From Rhynchobatus australiae (taxonomy: Eukaryota), in contig JAUZTB010000068.1 in NCBI GenBank assembly GCA_034780895.1, positions 20,307,151 through 20,371,150 on the forward strand: DNA of 64,000 bases, in the 5' to 3' direction. This document shows, one piece after another, positions 14,140 to 27,969 of this stretch. Both the position numbers and the translations under genes were made by a program. The notes under the pieces were generated by a model, which saw only the letters and a program-made list of their open reading frames with translations, had not been told where the DNA came from and made no database searches. Each line of letters opens with the position of its first letter. Position 1 is the stretch's first letter.

Positions 14140-14460
14140 ACTTAAATGGTTGACCCCTAATTTTTAAACAGTAAGCCCTCGTTCTAGATTCTCCCACAAG
14201 AGGAAATATCTTCTCCATATCCATCTTCTCGAGGTGAGTCAGGATCTTATAGGTCCCCCCTCACTCTTCTGAAGTTTAATGGATACAAGCCTATCCTACT
14301 CAGCCTTTCTTCACTAGACAAACCATCCATTCCCTGCATCGATCTAATACATAAACCTTCTTTGAACTGTTTTCAATAATAATAACATCCTTTTTTTGAA
14401 TGAGAATACACAGTAATCCAGATATGGTTTCACCAATGCTCTGTAGAATAACATAACAGC
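14140..14460 (-). mobile_element. CR1 LINE 3' fragment
   Basis: MDMEKIFPLVGESRTRAYCLKIRGQPFK, a typical CR1 ORF2 C-terminal motif. Confidence 0.75.
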
Positions 14461-14469
14461 ATAACCTAT

Positions 14470-17400
14470 TCACTGTATTCTCTGGACCCTATTATCTAGG
14501 CTGATGCGATCTGGTGCAGATACAAACAGAAGGTGTGGCTGAACAGATGCTCTGAGAAAGAGGAGGACAATTCCTCAGCAGGCAATAGGCAAAGTCACAG
14601 GGACATGGAATAAAATGGACAGCACCTACAAAGACAAGTCATGAGCAAATTGTGCTGAATGGCCTCCTCGATGCTCAGAAGGGCTTGTCCGTCATACCTC
14701 ATTTGCAGGGCAAAATCCTTCCTGCCTTGGCTCATGGTGTTGTACTCTCACCATATGGATATACCTTAGGACTGGGGCTTCATAATTCAGGCCGATACTC
14801 CCTATTGCCAGTAATGAGAGATTGCAGCACCATCAGAGGGAGATATATATATACTGTATATTCTAGACCCTATAATCTAGGCTGGTGCAATATGGTGCAG
14901 ATACAAAGAGAAGGTGTTGCTGAACAGATGCTGTGAGAAAGAGGAGTTCAATTTCATGAGGTACTGGTACTAGTTTCTGGGGCAGAAAGAAAATGTGGCA
15001 TCAAATAGATTTCACCTTAATTGGATTGGGAGTAGAGTCCTAGTGGAGAAAGAATGGAGAAGGATTTTATGACTGTGTTGGAGTCGTGAATCATCCATGT
15101 AAAAGCTGCTTTCAGGGGTTGGAAGATGTGAATGCAGAGGTTAAAGAAGCATGCAGCAAAGGCAATGCACTTTTATATGGAGGATTTTAACTTTCATAGA
15201 GATTAGAGTAAGCAAGCTGGCATATGTCACAAAAATAATGAATTTCCTGCTTGTGTTCAGTTTTCTGCAAACAGTATGTACTAGAGCCAACCAGGGAGTA
15301 GTCCACATTAGATATAGCAATGAGTCATGAGTAAGATTTGTTAATAGCCTCAGGGAGCATGAACTAATAGCAATCATAACATGACTTAGTTCAAAACAGA
15401 GCTTGAAAGCAAGAAACTCAAACAGCTACTAATATTCTAGATCTGGGCAAGGTTGACTTCAACAGAATAAGACAGAAACAACAACTGTGGCAGGTCTGTT
15501 GATATGTAAAGCAAAAAATATGCGGTTGGTGCTCAAAAAGTATTTAAAGTGATACAGAACTTGTTTAAACCCCTAAAGGGCAAAGATGTAGTTGCCAAAA
15601 CAAAATCAGCTGTGTGGAGAAATGTGAAATTACATGTGGGGAGCTGCAGCAAATCAAGGGAATACTCTGTAATTGGTAGGACACTGAGAGGTATAGGTGA
15701 ACAGAGGTGACTATGTTCACAGATCCTGAATGCTGACAGAACAAGTGGATTTAAAAAGGGATTGTCATGGTTCTGGGTTCGGGCCCTCAATTTGGCTCCT
15801 TTGATGCCTTGTTGTATAGCACATGGATTCCATGATGGACTGTTTGCATAATGACACACACCTGAGCCCCATCAGGGGCTTAGCATAAGTACCTGGGTTT
15901 CTCTAGCACTAGTTGCCAGAGTANNNNNNNNNNNNNNNNNNNNNNNNNNNNNNNNNNNNNNNNNNNNNNNNNNNNNNNNNNNNNNNNNNNNNNNNNNNNN
16001 NNNNNNNNNNNNNNNNNNNNNNNGTTTGGTCCTGAGGAAGTATCCTGACTCCAGTCCTGTACCAGTGTGCTGTATTTGGGTTCTCTGTGAGCTTGCTCTT
16101 GCTTAACATTGTGACAGGGATACAAGATGCTTTCCATTATTAACCAAAGAATATAAGAGCAGGGAGGGTTGCCCCCCACCACCACCACCACCATCCCCTG
16201 GTGCTCCAGTTTTCTTCCACATTCCAAAGATGCATTGGTTTGTAAGTTAATTGGGTATTAAAAGTTACTCCTACTTCAGATCATAGCAGGAGAATTTCAG
16301 TGGAGTTGATGAGCATTTGAGTGGGAGAATGGAATTGATGAGATTGGACTACATGTACTCAATGAGCCCAATGGCCTCCAGTTTTGCCATAAGAAAATAT
16401 GCAAAACAAAATATAATATATAAATAGGAATGACTGAAGAGCTACAGGACAATATAAAACTGAAAGAAACACCACAGAAAAATCCAAAAACAGCATAGAT
16501 TTTGTTGTCTTGGAGAGATAAAAGGAACAACCAAAGTTAACAAACTGGAAAAAAGCTACAGAAAGGGTGAATAAAAGTAAGTTTTCAAGGAATATCAAAG
16601 TCAATACAAAATGTTTTACACTTATATTAAGGAGAATTGCCAGGAGCATTCAGGGTCCCTTGAAAACTGACGTTGTAAATAATGAAATGGCAGTTATGAT
16701 GAATGAATATCAATTGCGCACAAATACCTGGAATAACACATTACCAACAAAGACCTGCCTCCACGATGTATGCATCCTCCTTGTACTGTTTTGCTGTCTC
16801 TCTAAGCAGGACACTGCAACCACAGGTGTCTGGGGCAGACACACTTGTTTCAGTGGGCACGTCACCATTTCTGAGGTCTATCATCAAACAGCATGAGATA
16901 GTCAGGGCCAGGAGGCTCTGGCCTTTGGCACACAATCTCTGGTTGAGTTCCTAAAGATTCACACCTGAATTCTGGTGACTGCCAAGCCCAGACAGACCAT
17001 AGTTTTGCAGACAACTGAGTCTGAACTCAAAAATCACAGTCCTGGCCTGTACTCAATGTGCCAACAAGTGCAGAATATGGTCACCTGGTAGCATTCATGG
17101 GGACCATTATNNNNNNNNNNNNNGCAGGCCAACTCTAATCATGATGATGAACACATTGCCTATTTTGTGTTAACATTTGTAGAGAAAGAGAATACCATTG
17201 CAAGAAGACTGTAATGAAACATGGGTCAAGATTTGTCAGCATTGATGTTAACTACGATTAGAAAATCAGTAGGGTTGATGGTTAAGAATATAGTGATTCA
17301 ACACCTTGACAATTTACAGCTGATCAGAGAACCTGGTGTAGATGTTTGAATGGTTGGTCATGTCTGTTGGAAACTCAGTTGAATTTCTCATGAAGAGATG

Positions 17401-17710
17401 ACCAATTAGTTGGCAAGAGGCTGTCAATGGGTGTTATTTATATGAACTTCCAGAAACCATTTGAGAGATTATTAGCTAAGACTGAAGCTCATGGAACTGA
17501 AGACAAATTATTGACCTGGTTAGGAAATTGGCTGAGTGACTGGAACTAGAGAGAAAGGGCAATGGGCATGTAATCTAATTGGCAGATTGGGACCAGTATG
17601 TCCTGCATAAGTGTGTTGAGACCTCTAGTGTACATTGCATTTACCAATGACTTTAATAATGGGCCATAGAGTCAAATATCCAAGTTTTCCAATGACATGA
17701 CAACTGACAG
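14470..17710 (+). mobile_element. Long, heavily decayed and interrupted CR1 element (ORF1 esterase-like through RT)
   Basis: Near 14920-14990 LLNRCCEKEEFNFMRYWY*F.G resembles the CR1 ORF1 esterase. Near 17430-17700 VIYMNFQKPFE, AHGTEDKLLTWLGNWLSD and NDFN...ISKFSND are CR1 RT motifs. Interrupted by a V-SINE piece (about 16195-16390) and an N gap. Confidence 0.55.
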
Positions 17711-18379
17711 CACTACCAGCTATTTTTCTTTATGTTGGATGAAAACTGAGGCTCCCTCAGAGAAACTTGGGGGGAGAAAAAGGATAGCGGCAGCCAAATA
17801 GGACATTCCTGCTCCCATAGGATGAATCTATCCCAAATATCCAGCAACGTCCACAGGCCAGGGTCCACCATACAGCCACGGCTGCTAGCACCTAGCAGGC
17901 AGCCCAAGCTTCCATGAGGATTTTCTGGCAGAAAGCCTGGGTGATGGGTAGGCCCTGGGCTAGACCACGGACCTCGGACAGTGCAGATGCAGGGGCCAAT
18001 GCTCCAGCATTGTGGTAAAATGGTGGCTCTTAGGCAGAGTGGGGGGAGGGGACAACTTCACTTCAAGAGACCGGGTATGGCCAGTGACTGGAGAATAGTG
18101 ATAGTTACGGGAATGGTGGGAGAGAGGGAAGGTGAGAGGGATTAGGGAGGCAGAATAGGTGATTGGAAGGTGGGAGAAAGTGGTGGGTCTGAGTATGAGG
18201 GGTAAGAGAGAGAGGGAATGGGACAAAGGGAAGGAAGGGGGTCTTGGGAAGAGGAATAGAGGGTGGGAAACTGTTAGGGGATAACTGTGAGAGGATTTAA
18301 GGGAGAGAAGGAAAAAGAAGAGGGTGTGGGAAAGAGCAAGTGAGTGTATGCCAGTCAGTGCATGTGTGGCCAGATTGTA

Positions 18380-20995
18380 CCTGCCTGAACGAGAGTGTGA
18401 GCATCAGTCATTACATCTGTCCAGTCCAATCAGCAGAACCTGGTCTCCAATCATCTTCAATCTGCTTGCCAATGGACAAAGACCTCATTCCATCAAGACC
18501 ATGTGGCATGTGGTGTGCAATAGCCACACACGTTAAAAGAATCAATGCACACTCATTGTCCATTCCTCCGAAACAAAGTTTAGGTCCTAGAATATCGCAA
18601 CTCTCATTGACAACCAAAACAGCGACAGATTTGACATCGCTCCATTGTCATGGCTTGGGAATTCAGTCACTTCCACATTGACATCGTCGCTCTGAGTGAG
18701 ATGAAATGAGCCACAGAAGGCCATCTCAGGAAACAAAGGATTGGGTACATCTTCTTCTGGAAGAGCAAAACAGAATAATAATAATAGATTTGGCTATCAA
18801 AATTGAAACAGTCTGGCATCTCAGTGACACCTCTGTCTCATGACCCTCCAGTTCACTCTTACACAAATCAGCATGCTAAGGTCATCAGAGTGTACAACCC
18901 AACTCTAGAAGCAATGGATGAAGCCAAAGAGGAATTCCTGAACAATCCCTAACTGAGGATTTTCCTTGGCTACTTCAGTGCCAGGGTCAGAAAGGACATA
19001 AAATTCTGGAAGGGTGTAAGTGGCAAGGAAGAATTGGTGAAATCCAACTCATCCTAACTAAATGCTTGGATCATGGTCTTGTCATAACTAACAGAACAAA
19101 TACAAGGTCTGATCCAAAACCCTTGATCAAGCCTTGGTATCTAATAGATAATATCATCATCCAAGTGAGGAATGCATAATGCCTAATCTATCACTTCAAA
19201 TAACTTAGCCCCTTAAGCACAGAAAAATAAGTGCCAAAGGACTCAAGAACAATGAAAAGACCCTGACAGATATCCTGACAATTCCCAAGCACAGTGTCCA
19301 ATGTCTGGACAACCCTAAAGTGTAGGATAAATAACAGCTATGAAGAGTCTTTCATCTTCTCTACCCAAAACAATGAGATGAATTTAATGAAAATGAACCA
19401 GGAGACCCAAGAGCTTCATTGTAAACAAAAGGAAACAATGTTATGTCTTGTGATAAAAAAAACATAACCACAGGCATCTGAAGGCCTAGGTCCAACAAAA
19501 ATTTAATGACCTCGGTAGACCTCGGAAAGAACACAGGAGATCTGACAACTAGTTAATAACCAAAATAAATTAGGACTTCTCAGTGTTGTCAAGCCCATCT
19601 ATAACATAAACACCCAAGGACTCATCACACAGAGAGCCAGGAATGGAGGAAAGATGATATCCCCGATGAGATACTCAAACACAGCAGAGAAGTACTTCTG
19701 GGGTGAATTCATTACCTCATATTTCTCGTTTGGCACAAGAAGAACATCCTAGAGGATCCCAGAGAAAGAAGACAAAATTGGCCCCATAAATTATGGTGTC
19801 TGCCGAAGGGCAACTCATCGGAAGGACCTTTTCAATCACTTCCTCCCAGTAACAAGATGCTCCTCCCAGAGTCATGTGATAAATCCAGGGAATATGTGGA
19901 GCAACCTGACATTTTTAACCTCATAAATGCATACATCAAGCAAAAGGGATTATGGAGCATCCACCTCAAATTCAGCTATCCTCAGACATTCATCACCGTT
20001 CTACATCTGTTGTGGGCTCCCCAGTGGAATGGAGTTAATGAAAAACAGGAAACTAGTGAACTTTCATTATCTTCACTCCAGAACCATAACATTACTCATC
20101 AAGTTAGGGCACCTACATGAGTGTATATTCAGAAAATGAGCTCCATCTTTATTGGGTTCTCCACTGAAGTGTATGAGAAGATGACCCTTATACTAGACAC
20201 CAGTAAAACAAGAGCCTCTTAACAACCTGACAACGTCAGCTCTGACAGTCAGGATTCACCATGAGACCCTCAGATACATGGATCACTTTAATTTTCTTGG
20301 AAGAAACCTCTCAGGCATCAATGGCAAAATTCACCAGAACAGCACTCTACTGACTGTAGAAAAGAGTGTTTGAAGACCAAGACCTCAAGCTTGGCAGTTA
20401 AACACTGGTTTACCAGGCAGCAGTGATTTTCACATTCCTGTTAATAGACAAGCTAGAGAAGGTACCGCAAAGTACTCTAAAACTACCAGCAATGTTGTCT
20501 CCTCAAAATCCTCCAACTACATTGGCAAGATAGGAAAACTAATTGCAGCATACTCTTCCAGGCCAATATCCCCATACTGAAGGTCTGATCATCAAGCAAA
20601 GTATACACAACATTTTCTGCATGCTTTGACACCAAACTCTTAAACATGTACTCTATTTCAAGCTCCGTCATGGCACAAGAATTCCAGGTGAACTGCTTCA
20701 ACAGCATCCTTGAAGTCTCCTTCAGAAACTGTTACATCCTAACAGACTCATGGCCCGTGACTGTTCAGTGATGAAGAAGGTACTAAGCACCTGGAGTGTC
20801 CATGAGGGGAGCAAACAGTGGACGGGACACACTACATCACAACCAACCCACCCACCTACTCTACCATGCACTACTTGCCCCACTTGGGGTAACGCCTGTG
20901 AGTCCTGCAAAGGCTCTTCAACCAACTCAGAACCCATAGAAGTGAAATGTCAGCAAATCATCCTTGACCACCTGAGAAGAAGGGAATATTCTAAG
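18380..20995 (+). mobile_element. Decayed RTE-clade LINE
   Basis: Endonuclease-like DIVALSE..., GYIFFWK; C-terminal CLLKILQLHWQDRKTN and TTCPTWGNACES; and tail cagcaaatcatccttgacc. Numerous stops. Confidence 0.7.
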
Positions 20996-21419
20996 TAGTG
21001 CTGATGGAAGGAGTAATTTACAAAGAAACATAGGCCCAAATTCTGTGGAGAAATCCCAGCAGCTCCCTGAATAAATGGTAACATTCATAATTCCCACACA
21101 TAAGATGAACACATGAAAATCTCAGACTTGCAAGCAGTTCCACGTCAGCACTTTTCTATCTATGCTTCATGGAGTCCAATGAGCAGAGCGCAAAGTTGCA
21201 ACAATTCCTCGACATTTATTTTGGGGAGTCAGCTCAAATAACCAGTTTGCCAGCCTGTCTGCTGAGTCTATGCTGCATTAAACTTGGTGCAAGCACAAAG
21301 ACACACACATACATTCAAGAGCTCTGAACACGGACAGTTTTGACCCTGAGTCTAGAGGACAGAGACTCACTATCTGTAAAAGTGGTCCTGTGAATGCAGC
21401 AGGCCCTACACTGTAGTCA

Positions 21420-21690
21420 GCTGAAGTGGTGGATACTAGGCTGCCAATGCCATGCCATGTTGAAACAGGGCAAGGCTATCAGCGATTTCAGAGAAGTGGA
21501 AGTTTTGCCCCAAAGTAATTGACACAAAATGTGCTTGACCATGTTATGCATGCCAGCATGACCCTGATGTTTGACTGTAGCTTTTATGTCCTCTGCAGTT
21601 GGAATGCAGTTGTTATGTCCTTCTGTGTGGAATGCCATCTGGCTATCAACAATAACATTTCAGTTTCCCTTAGGAACTTGGATTACATTA
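21420..21690 (-). mobile_element. Possible Gypsy integrase H2C2 zinc-binding remnant
   Basis: CIPTAEDIKATVKHQGHAGMHNMVKHILCQLLW resembles IP...LHxGHxG...M......W of retroviral-type integrase N-termini. Confidence 0.35.
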
Positions 21691-22464
21691 CAAACTGCCA
21701 TTTAGGACTGGTCTTGAATTATCCAATATTCTACATTAAACTTCAAGTAGAGCTGGGCTATACTGCCACCTGTGTACTTGAGTATACTTCTCCCACTATA
21801 ACAGGATTGGAATGTAATATTCCTAGTGTCACTGTAAAGTGAATGCTGCATCTTATCAAAGCAGAAGAAGCAATAAAATTGAATCCTAACAAAACAGATG
21901 TCCACAGTTAATTATTACCTTNNNNNNNNNNNNACATGCATGTACTGCTTTTCACTAAGAAAAGCATGAATCTCAAACCTTCCTAGTTAATTTCTTATAG
22001 GTAGAATATCTCTGAACATATTCAATGAATAAAAAGTAATTACTTTGTACTGTTTGACATGCTTGTGCAGTGCACTTTCCCAGAGACTGCTCTGATTAAA
22101 ATTTCTCCTGTAACAACCCTGTCAGTATTAATGACTTGTACAGTCTATGCAGAGTGACCTGCTAGTACAGGAAACTTTCACACAAAATATACCTTAAATG
22201 GAAAAAGTTTTTAACAGAGGACTAATGATGGTTAATACAAAAGTCAGTAAAACTGTGAATGAAAATAGAAAAGGCCATTATGTGTTTTCTATATTGGATT
22301 TTGGAATAAATGTGATTTTTAATAATATCAATTGATTCAAAGATGGGGATCAAATTAAGATACAAATCAGCCATGAACAAACTCGAGGGGCTGAACAACC
22401 TCCACCCTGGTATGCCTTTTCCTGTGTCTCTGAAGAATTCATAAATATGATACCACAGAGGAGG

Positions 22465-22758
22465 TAGAAAGGACATGCATTTAAGATGAGAGGGCGAAAG
22501 TTTAAAGGAGATGTGTAGGGCAATTTCTTTTTTACACTGAGAGTGGTAGGTACCTGGAATGGGCTGCTGGGGGGAGTGGTGGAAGCAGATACAGAGTGGC
22601 ATTTAAGAGGCTGTTAGATAGATACATGACTGTGGAGGGAGTGGAGAGATATGGATCACGTGTAGGCTGAAGAGAACTCGTTTAATTCGGCATCATGTTC
22701 GGTGCAGACATTGTGGGCCGAAGGGCCTGTTCCTGTGCTGTACTGTTCTATGTTCTAA
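22465..22758 (+). mobile_element. Relatively young CR1 (HER1-like) 3' end
   Basis: ttaagatgagagggcgaaagtttaaaggagatg...gagtggtaggtacctggaat...gtgggccgaagggcctgttcctgtgctgtactgttctatgttcta: intact CR1 3' hairpin and tail. Confidence 0.85.
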
Positions 22759-22767
22759 AGACTTTAA

Positions 22768-22920
22768 AACAAATCAGATCTTGCTCTTCATTTCTGTTTG
22801 GTAATCTGTTTATAGAGAATGCATGTATGAATAGCAGGTGAGGGCAGGATAAGACATGACAGTGATTTCCCCAGCTCCCAAATTACAGTAGTCTGCTGAT
22901 AATCACAAGTACTAAGTCAT
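22768..22920 (+). mobile_element. LF-SINE-like fragment (central/3' part)
   Basis: tgcatgtatgaatagcaggtgagggcaggataagacatgacagtgat...agtctgctgataatcac resembles the LF-SINE core as remembered. Confidence 0.45.
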
Positions 22921-23481
22921 TTTGAGCACATGCAGATAGTAAGTTGGTTGTATGCCTGCACATTTTTGTGCTACCAATAGTCAGTTCTATTCCTGTCATT
23001 GGAAATGAAGATCAGCCAGAATATCCAATGGCCAGTCACTGCAGTCCAGTCTGCATACCAAAAGAGACAAATTTCTATCCCTCACTAATGTGATTTACAT
23101 AATTAGCATTGCCACTTAGATGAGATTTTAGAACCCTCAGCAATTCTGCAACCGCTCCCAACATGAATCCCCATCTTTCAGCAAGGTGAAAAATAACGAG
23201 AGTAAATGGCCACAATAGATTATAGTAGTCTTTCTGAATTATTTACTTTTTTCCCTTCCCAAATATAACCTTTCATTTAGTAAATTTAACTAAATAGCAA
23301 ATTTTCTTGGAATGTGCTAATTTCTACTTATGTACAACCATAAAGGGCTTTGTAAAGTATCTGACATAAAGTGTTCCCATTAAACTTAATTTGCTTTGTT
23401 ACATTTTTATACTAGTCAGCTTCTTTTCTCACTATAATTTTCCTGGAATGATATACAAAAATAAAGCAGGTCTTCAGCAGC

Positions 23482-23830
23482 ATCAGTTCCAACTGCTGTG
23501 GTTTAACAAGCATTATGTTGCAGCAGAAGGAAAAAACACCTGGTGCTCACTCTAAGAGCACACACCTGAAAAGCCAGCACTGGTGCAGTTACAAAACACA
23601 GTGCACATACATTGCTGATTTTGTGCACTAATTAATGAATTTTGCTCATTTGCACATTGTAGTGGAATGAGTCCCTCGGCCTGAAAATGAATTACTGCAG
23701 GCGATTCCTACTCTCTTGATGTAACCGGAAGAACAACATCTCTGTTTTCCAGATCACATGTGGCTTAGCAGCTCAAACCCAGAACGTGCTCAGCCCTTGA
23801 TGATTCATTTTAATAAGCATGTACTTTACA
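23482..23830. repeat. Unclassified ~340-bp element, copy 1 (copy 2 at 27970-28310)
   Basis: Collinear direct similarity by eye: ctggtgctcact.taa.agcacacacc.gaaaagcc.gcac, agtgcaca, tttgtgca.taattaa, tcatttg, gaatga.tccc, ttactgcaggc, ttcctactct, taaccgga, ctgttttc. Confidence 0.85.
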
Positions 23831-25194
23831 AACTGATACACCTATTTTGATGTTCTTGCAGTTGTAAATTCCTTATTCCTCATGTTAGTTATACAACTTG
23901 AACACATGATGCTTAAATGTAATAAAAGATTGCTCTGTGCTACAATCATGGTTATTGGTAAACAGAAATAATTTCAAGGCATTTTTATGAAACAAAATAG
24001 TGATAAAGCAGGTTCATCCATCATCCACCAGACCAGTTTAACAAGAGATTCATTGTATTGGTATTTGTGACTGTTAAACCATGCAAAAATTGGTAGTCAA
24101 ATTTAACAATCCATAGTGAATACACTTTAGGAGTCCTTTTGTCATGAGAACATGAAAGGTACCAGAAGTGCAAGATCTTACTCACATAAATGCTTCCAAC
24201 AAAGACCAATCTATTTTCAATTAAAAACAGTCCAGCTTTGTAAAAATATCTAGCAAAGTAGAAACCCTAGCATTTACATTAAGGTTGGGATACTCTAAAA
24301 TTTATTTCCATTGACTGCAAAGGAATTGTGGCATGAACATTTTTGACTGGAGTCACTAGTTGCAATTGGAATTGTGAGCATTCATCTGTTTGAATCCCAA
24401 CAGGTCTTAGCCTCGTGCATGCAAGGCACAATGTTGATCTCCAAGACATTCTGAGTGAAAGATACCAGTGCTTCTGTTACTGCCCTCTGTTGCAGGATTC
24501 CACTTCCTCTTGGGAATATGCAGTATTATATTGGGGAGTTTGGCTCTCTGATCCGATATTAAGTCAGACCTGGCATAAAATCAGTTTCCATTCATTTGAA
24601 GCTGGATTCTTGGCCTGGACATAGGGGAATGGAAGCAAGTTATTTATCCATTACTTATTTTATAGTTTTTAGTTTTGCAGCATTTTCATTTTTTGTGAAA
24701 ACTTTAAGAATTTTTAAAATATGAGAAATTTTAAAATGTTAAAATATTTATTTTATCCTTGTTAGGAAGTGAAGATCAGCACCCAGTTTTGTCTCTTACC
24801 AAAGGCTGCCAGAGTGTTCCAGGGCATGACCTCAAGATTACACCACCCGAGGCCTGCTTACTGCCCAAGGCCTCACAAGGCCTTGCTGCCCAACTCTCAG
24901 AGCATCAGAGATATCAGCATCAGAGATATCAGCCCTCCCTATCCAGACCAAGTGAATGCCGGCAAAGGGAGGCTGGGTGCAGCAACTTTGTGTAGTGAAT
25001 AATGTCCAGCAAGATCTAGCCCAGAAAAATAAGTTTAATGCTATTTTGTTATGAATATAATGCTACTAATGAGAGATGAACTTCAACCACTTTTTCCTCA
25101 ATTCTTTCTGTTCTCCCTTTTCATCACATAAACACTGAGTGTTTATCTAAACTTATCTAAACTTTAGATAAGAATGTAGAAAAAATTCTCAGCT

Positions 25195-25340
25195 ACTTTA
25201 TCCCTCAGTAATTAAGGTTCATTGTAGTACCCTATCACCTCCTTAGCTAAGATCAGTCAAATCAGTGCCAGGATAAAACCCCTAATTTTACTGACATACA
25301 GGACTCAATGTAATACCAAACTGTGTCTTTACCCATTGAA
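25195..25340 (-). mobile_element. LF-SINE-like fragment (5' half)
   Basis: attgtagtaccctatcacctccttagctaagatcagtcaaatcagtgccaggataaaaccc...gtgtctttacccattga resembles the reversed LF-SINE head as remembered. Confidence 0.5.
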
Positions 25341-25744
25341 TTAAATGAATTTTCTACATTAGGGAGTTACTGTACTGATAGGAGGATCTATCTATTTAAT
25401 ACTTGGCATGGTTTCCACAACCACAAGATTCTGTCAATTGATGTCCTGCTGCTTGTAGACATTAAGCTACTGGCATGAATACAGAGAAGGCAAGTTAACA
25501 CACAACTCTAGAGGCTTGGACTTCATCACCGAAAATCTGTTTGCTGTTCTCCCTCAACCTATGAACTGCCATTGTCTGGAGTTCTGCTATCCTGCAGATA
25601 ATATTACATCTTTTTTCATGCAAATCTGAAATATTTTCCTACTGGCTGTTCTGGAAATAAAGGTTATTGCCAACATTTGCACTCAAAGAATCAGAAAAGG
25701 GGCAATGAGCACCAATTTCAGATTTAGAGCAGCTGTAGTATTCC

Positions 25745-26200
25745 ATGAATGGGTTCACCACCTAATCCTAATTGCTGCAGTCCATTTGATGGAGCTGCTC
25801 CTTCAAGGCTTTTGGGAAAGGAGATCCAGAACTTTGATCCAGTGATGATGAAGGATTGTTACTATTACAGTAGTGTACAGCTGGGAAATAATGGTGTTCC
25901 CAAGAACAGTTTGCCTTGCCTTGTCTTTCCGATGGATGGATTTAGAAAGTGGGGTCAGAAAATCTGTCATCTTGATGATGTGCATTCTACAGGTAGTTTA
26001 CATTGCTGCTCTAGTTTGCAAGTGGATGGAGTTAAAATATATTTAAGGAGACTAATGAGATGCTGATCAAGTAGATGGATAGTCCAGGCTGGTGTCAAAT
26101 TCTTGACTGTTGTGCACGCCTTTACACTCATTAGGATTATTGCATCACACCCCTGACTTGTACCTTGTAGTACTAGAGGTGCTTTGGAAAGTTAGAAGAA
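25745..26200 (-). mobile_element. Decayed antisense fragment of the 2180-4160/11305-11990 LINE family
   Basis: ctgcagtccatttgatggagctgctcc...gggaaaggagatccagaactttgatccagtgatgatgaagga parallels 11380-11455. Confidence 0.6.
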
Positions 26201-26849
26201 TGCCAATAAATTTGCACCACTTATCCAGTAGTCCTTCCATTAGTGTGGTTAACACTATTGTGTGTCTATTGAGTTATGATCTCTCCCTTCCACCAGCCAT
26301 GATAATACGCAGTGGGTCAATTGAACTGACATCATTGTTCTGCTAGGAGCTGGCACAGACTCAGTGGGCTAAAAGTCTTCCAACTGTGCGGTAACAATTC
26401 TGTGATTCTATTCTATCATTCAAATATTAATTTACATGGCTTTGATAGGAGTTCATTGTTGAACTTATTGACAGAGTTTAAAGCCAAAGAGAATTCTCCT
26501 TTTACGGTATCCCACTTCCTGCCAGTGTGAAGCTTTAGCTCCTTACTTTTGCAAAACAGCAGTGTTTATTAAGGTATTTCTTACCTTATTGGGAAACGCA
26601 ATTATGCCATAAGAATCATAAAGGTACAGCATTGAAAATAGGCTCATCAGTGAGTCTAAAGGTTGCAGACATGAATACATGTAGCAAATTTGACTACTCG
26701 ATCCACTTGGACTGTGCCAACTGAGTCTGTGCCAACCATCAGATTCCCCTAATCTTACATTATTCCCTTTTTTTCCTATTCTCCCCATATTCTCATCAAC
26801 TCCCCCCAGATACCAGGGAACAAAACATTAACTGGATTTAACCCTAAAG

Positions 26850-27960
26850 GATAAATCATTGTGAACTGCGGACTAAGCAATGAAGAGACGAAAACCATTG
26901 TTGGTGATCGACTTGCTGCATTGGAATAAATAGGAATGGAACTATGTAACAACATTCCTCTGAAGCTAAAAGATGGTGGGGGGAAACTGACACAAGGATA
27001 AGGGTCATGGGGAGTTGAAGATATCAAGATGGAATAAAGCACCAGTGTCACAGTTATGGAGTGTGTTATTACTGACTTTGATAGGAGGCTAGAGATGTGC
27101 AGGGATGGTGTTGGTGCAATAACCATAGCCAACAAGACTAAAAGGAAACAGACCAGTATTTATGGGATAGATGGCCTTTGAACTAGAAAGTAAAACTACA
27201 GTCAATCACCTAAAAGATGGTTGTGAGGTTGGCAATAGGAGGTTAATGGGAAAAGACAGACAGATCAAAGATTCTCTGACTTAAAGGTGGTGATGCCTGC
27301 AGTCTTGATTAAGACAAATGCCATGGCAAAGGTCTGCAAACAGAGAGTCCAATGGAGAAGGAGCAAGAGGCAGTCTGCATTGTAGGAATGAATTTGAGCA
27401 GGTAAAGGTATGTTGATAGATGCAGAGTGACAGACTATAGCAGGTAGTGGTGTTCTGTGATCAGCTGTATGGGAGAAGTAGGCACGGGCAACTGATTATT
27501 GATCCTATTCTTATGGTTTTGGCAATTAGAGTGAATGAAGTATCAAGAGGTTACATGTGGCTCTCTAACCCAGCATGGTCTTGGAATATTTGTAGTAACT
27601 GAATGCAGAAACAGACAAGAAACAATGCTTCGCACAGTCCAAGTGAATCTTGTAGCAAAATTTGCTAAAGGTACTCATGCCTGCAAATTTAGACTTCAGG
27701 AATTAAAGAAGAAAATAAAGGGTCAAAAGAGAGCAGCAGAGGTAAGAGGTTGTAAATGGTGGATGAGAACATTGAAAGCTGAATAAAGAGAAACATCCAC
27801 CAGGCCAACATGTTGTGGAAAGTTCATGCCAAGAGGAACTTTAACATCCAGTAGGCAGAGAGTTGGGTGGAGATCTTTTCCTGGGGAAAAGAACTGGAGT
27901 TAATGGGGTTGTAGGAAAGCATGGAGATTTGGAAGTTAAGAGAAACAAGAAAGTAGTGGG
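26850..27960 (-). mobile_element. Highly decayed L2-type RT fragment
   Basis: Purine-rich plus strand. ggcaaaggtctgcaaacagagagtccaatggagaaggagcaagagg resembles the reversed LLLLDLSAAFDT region. Confidence 0.35.
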
Positions 27961-27969
27961 AGGTACCTA

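Noticed and set aside
23091-23098. Isolated PBX-HOX-type TGATTTAC matches
   Set aside because: A few such AT-rich 8-mers are expected by chance in 64 kb, so they are not evidence on their own.
24898-25170. 15-bp tandem duplication (agcatcagagatatc x2) and the ttatctaaac duplication/hairpin near 25143
   Set aside because: Ordinary slippage-type micro-duplications.
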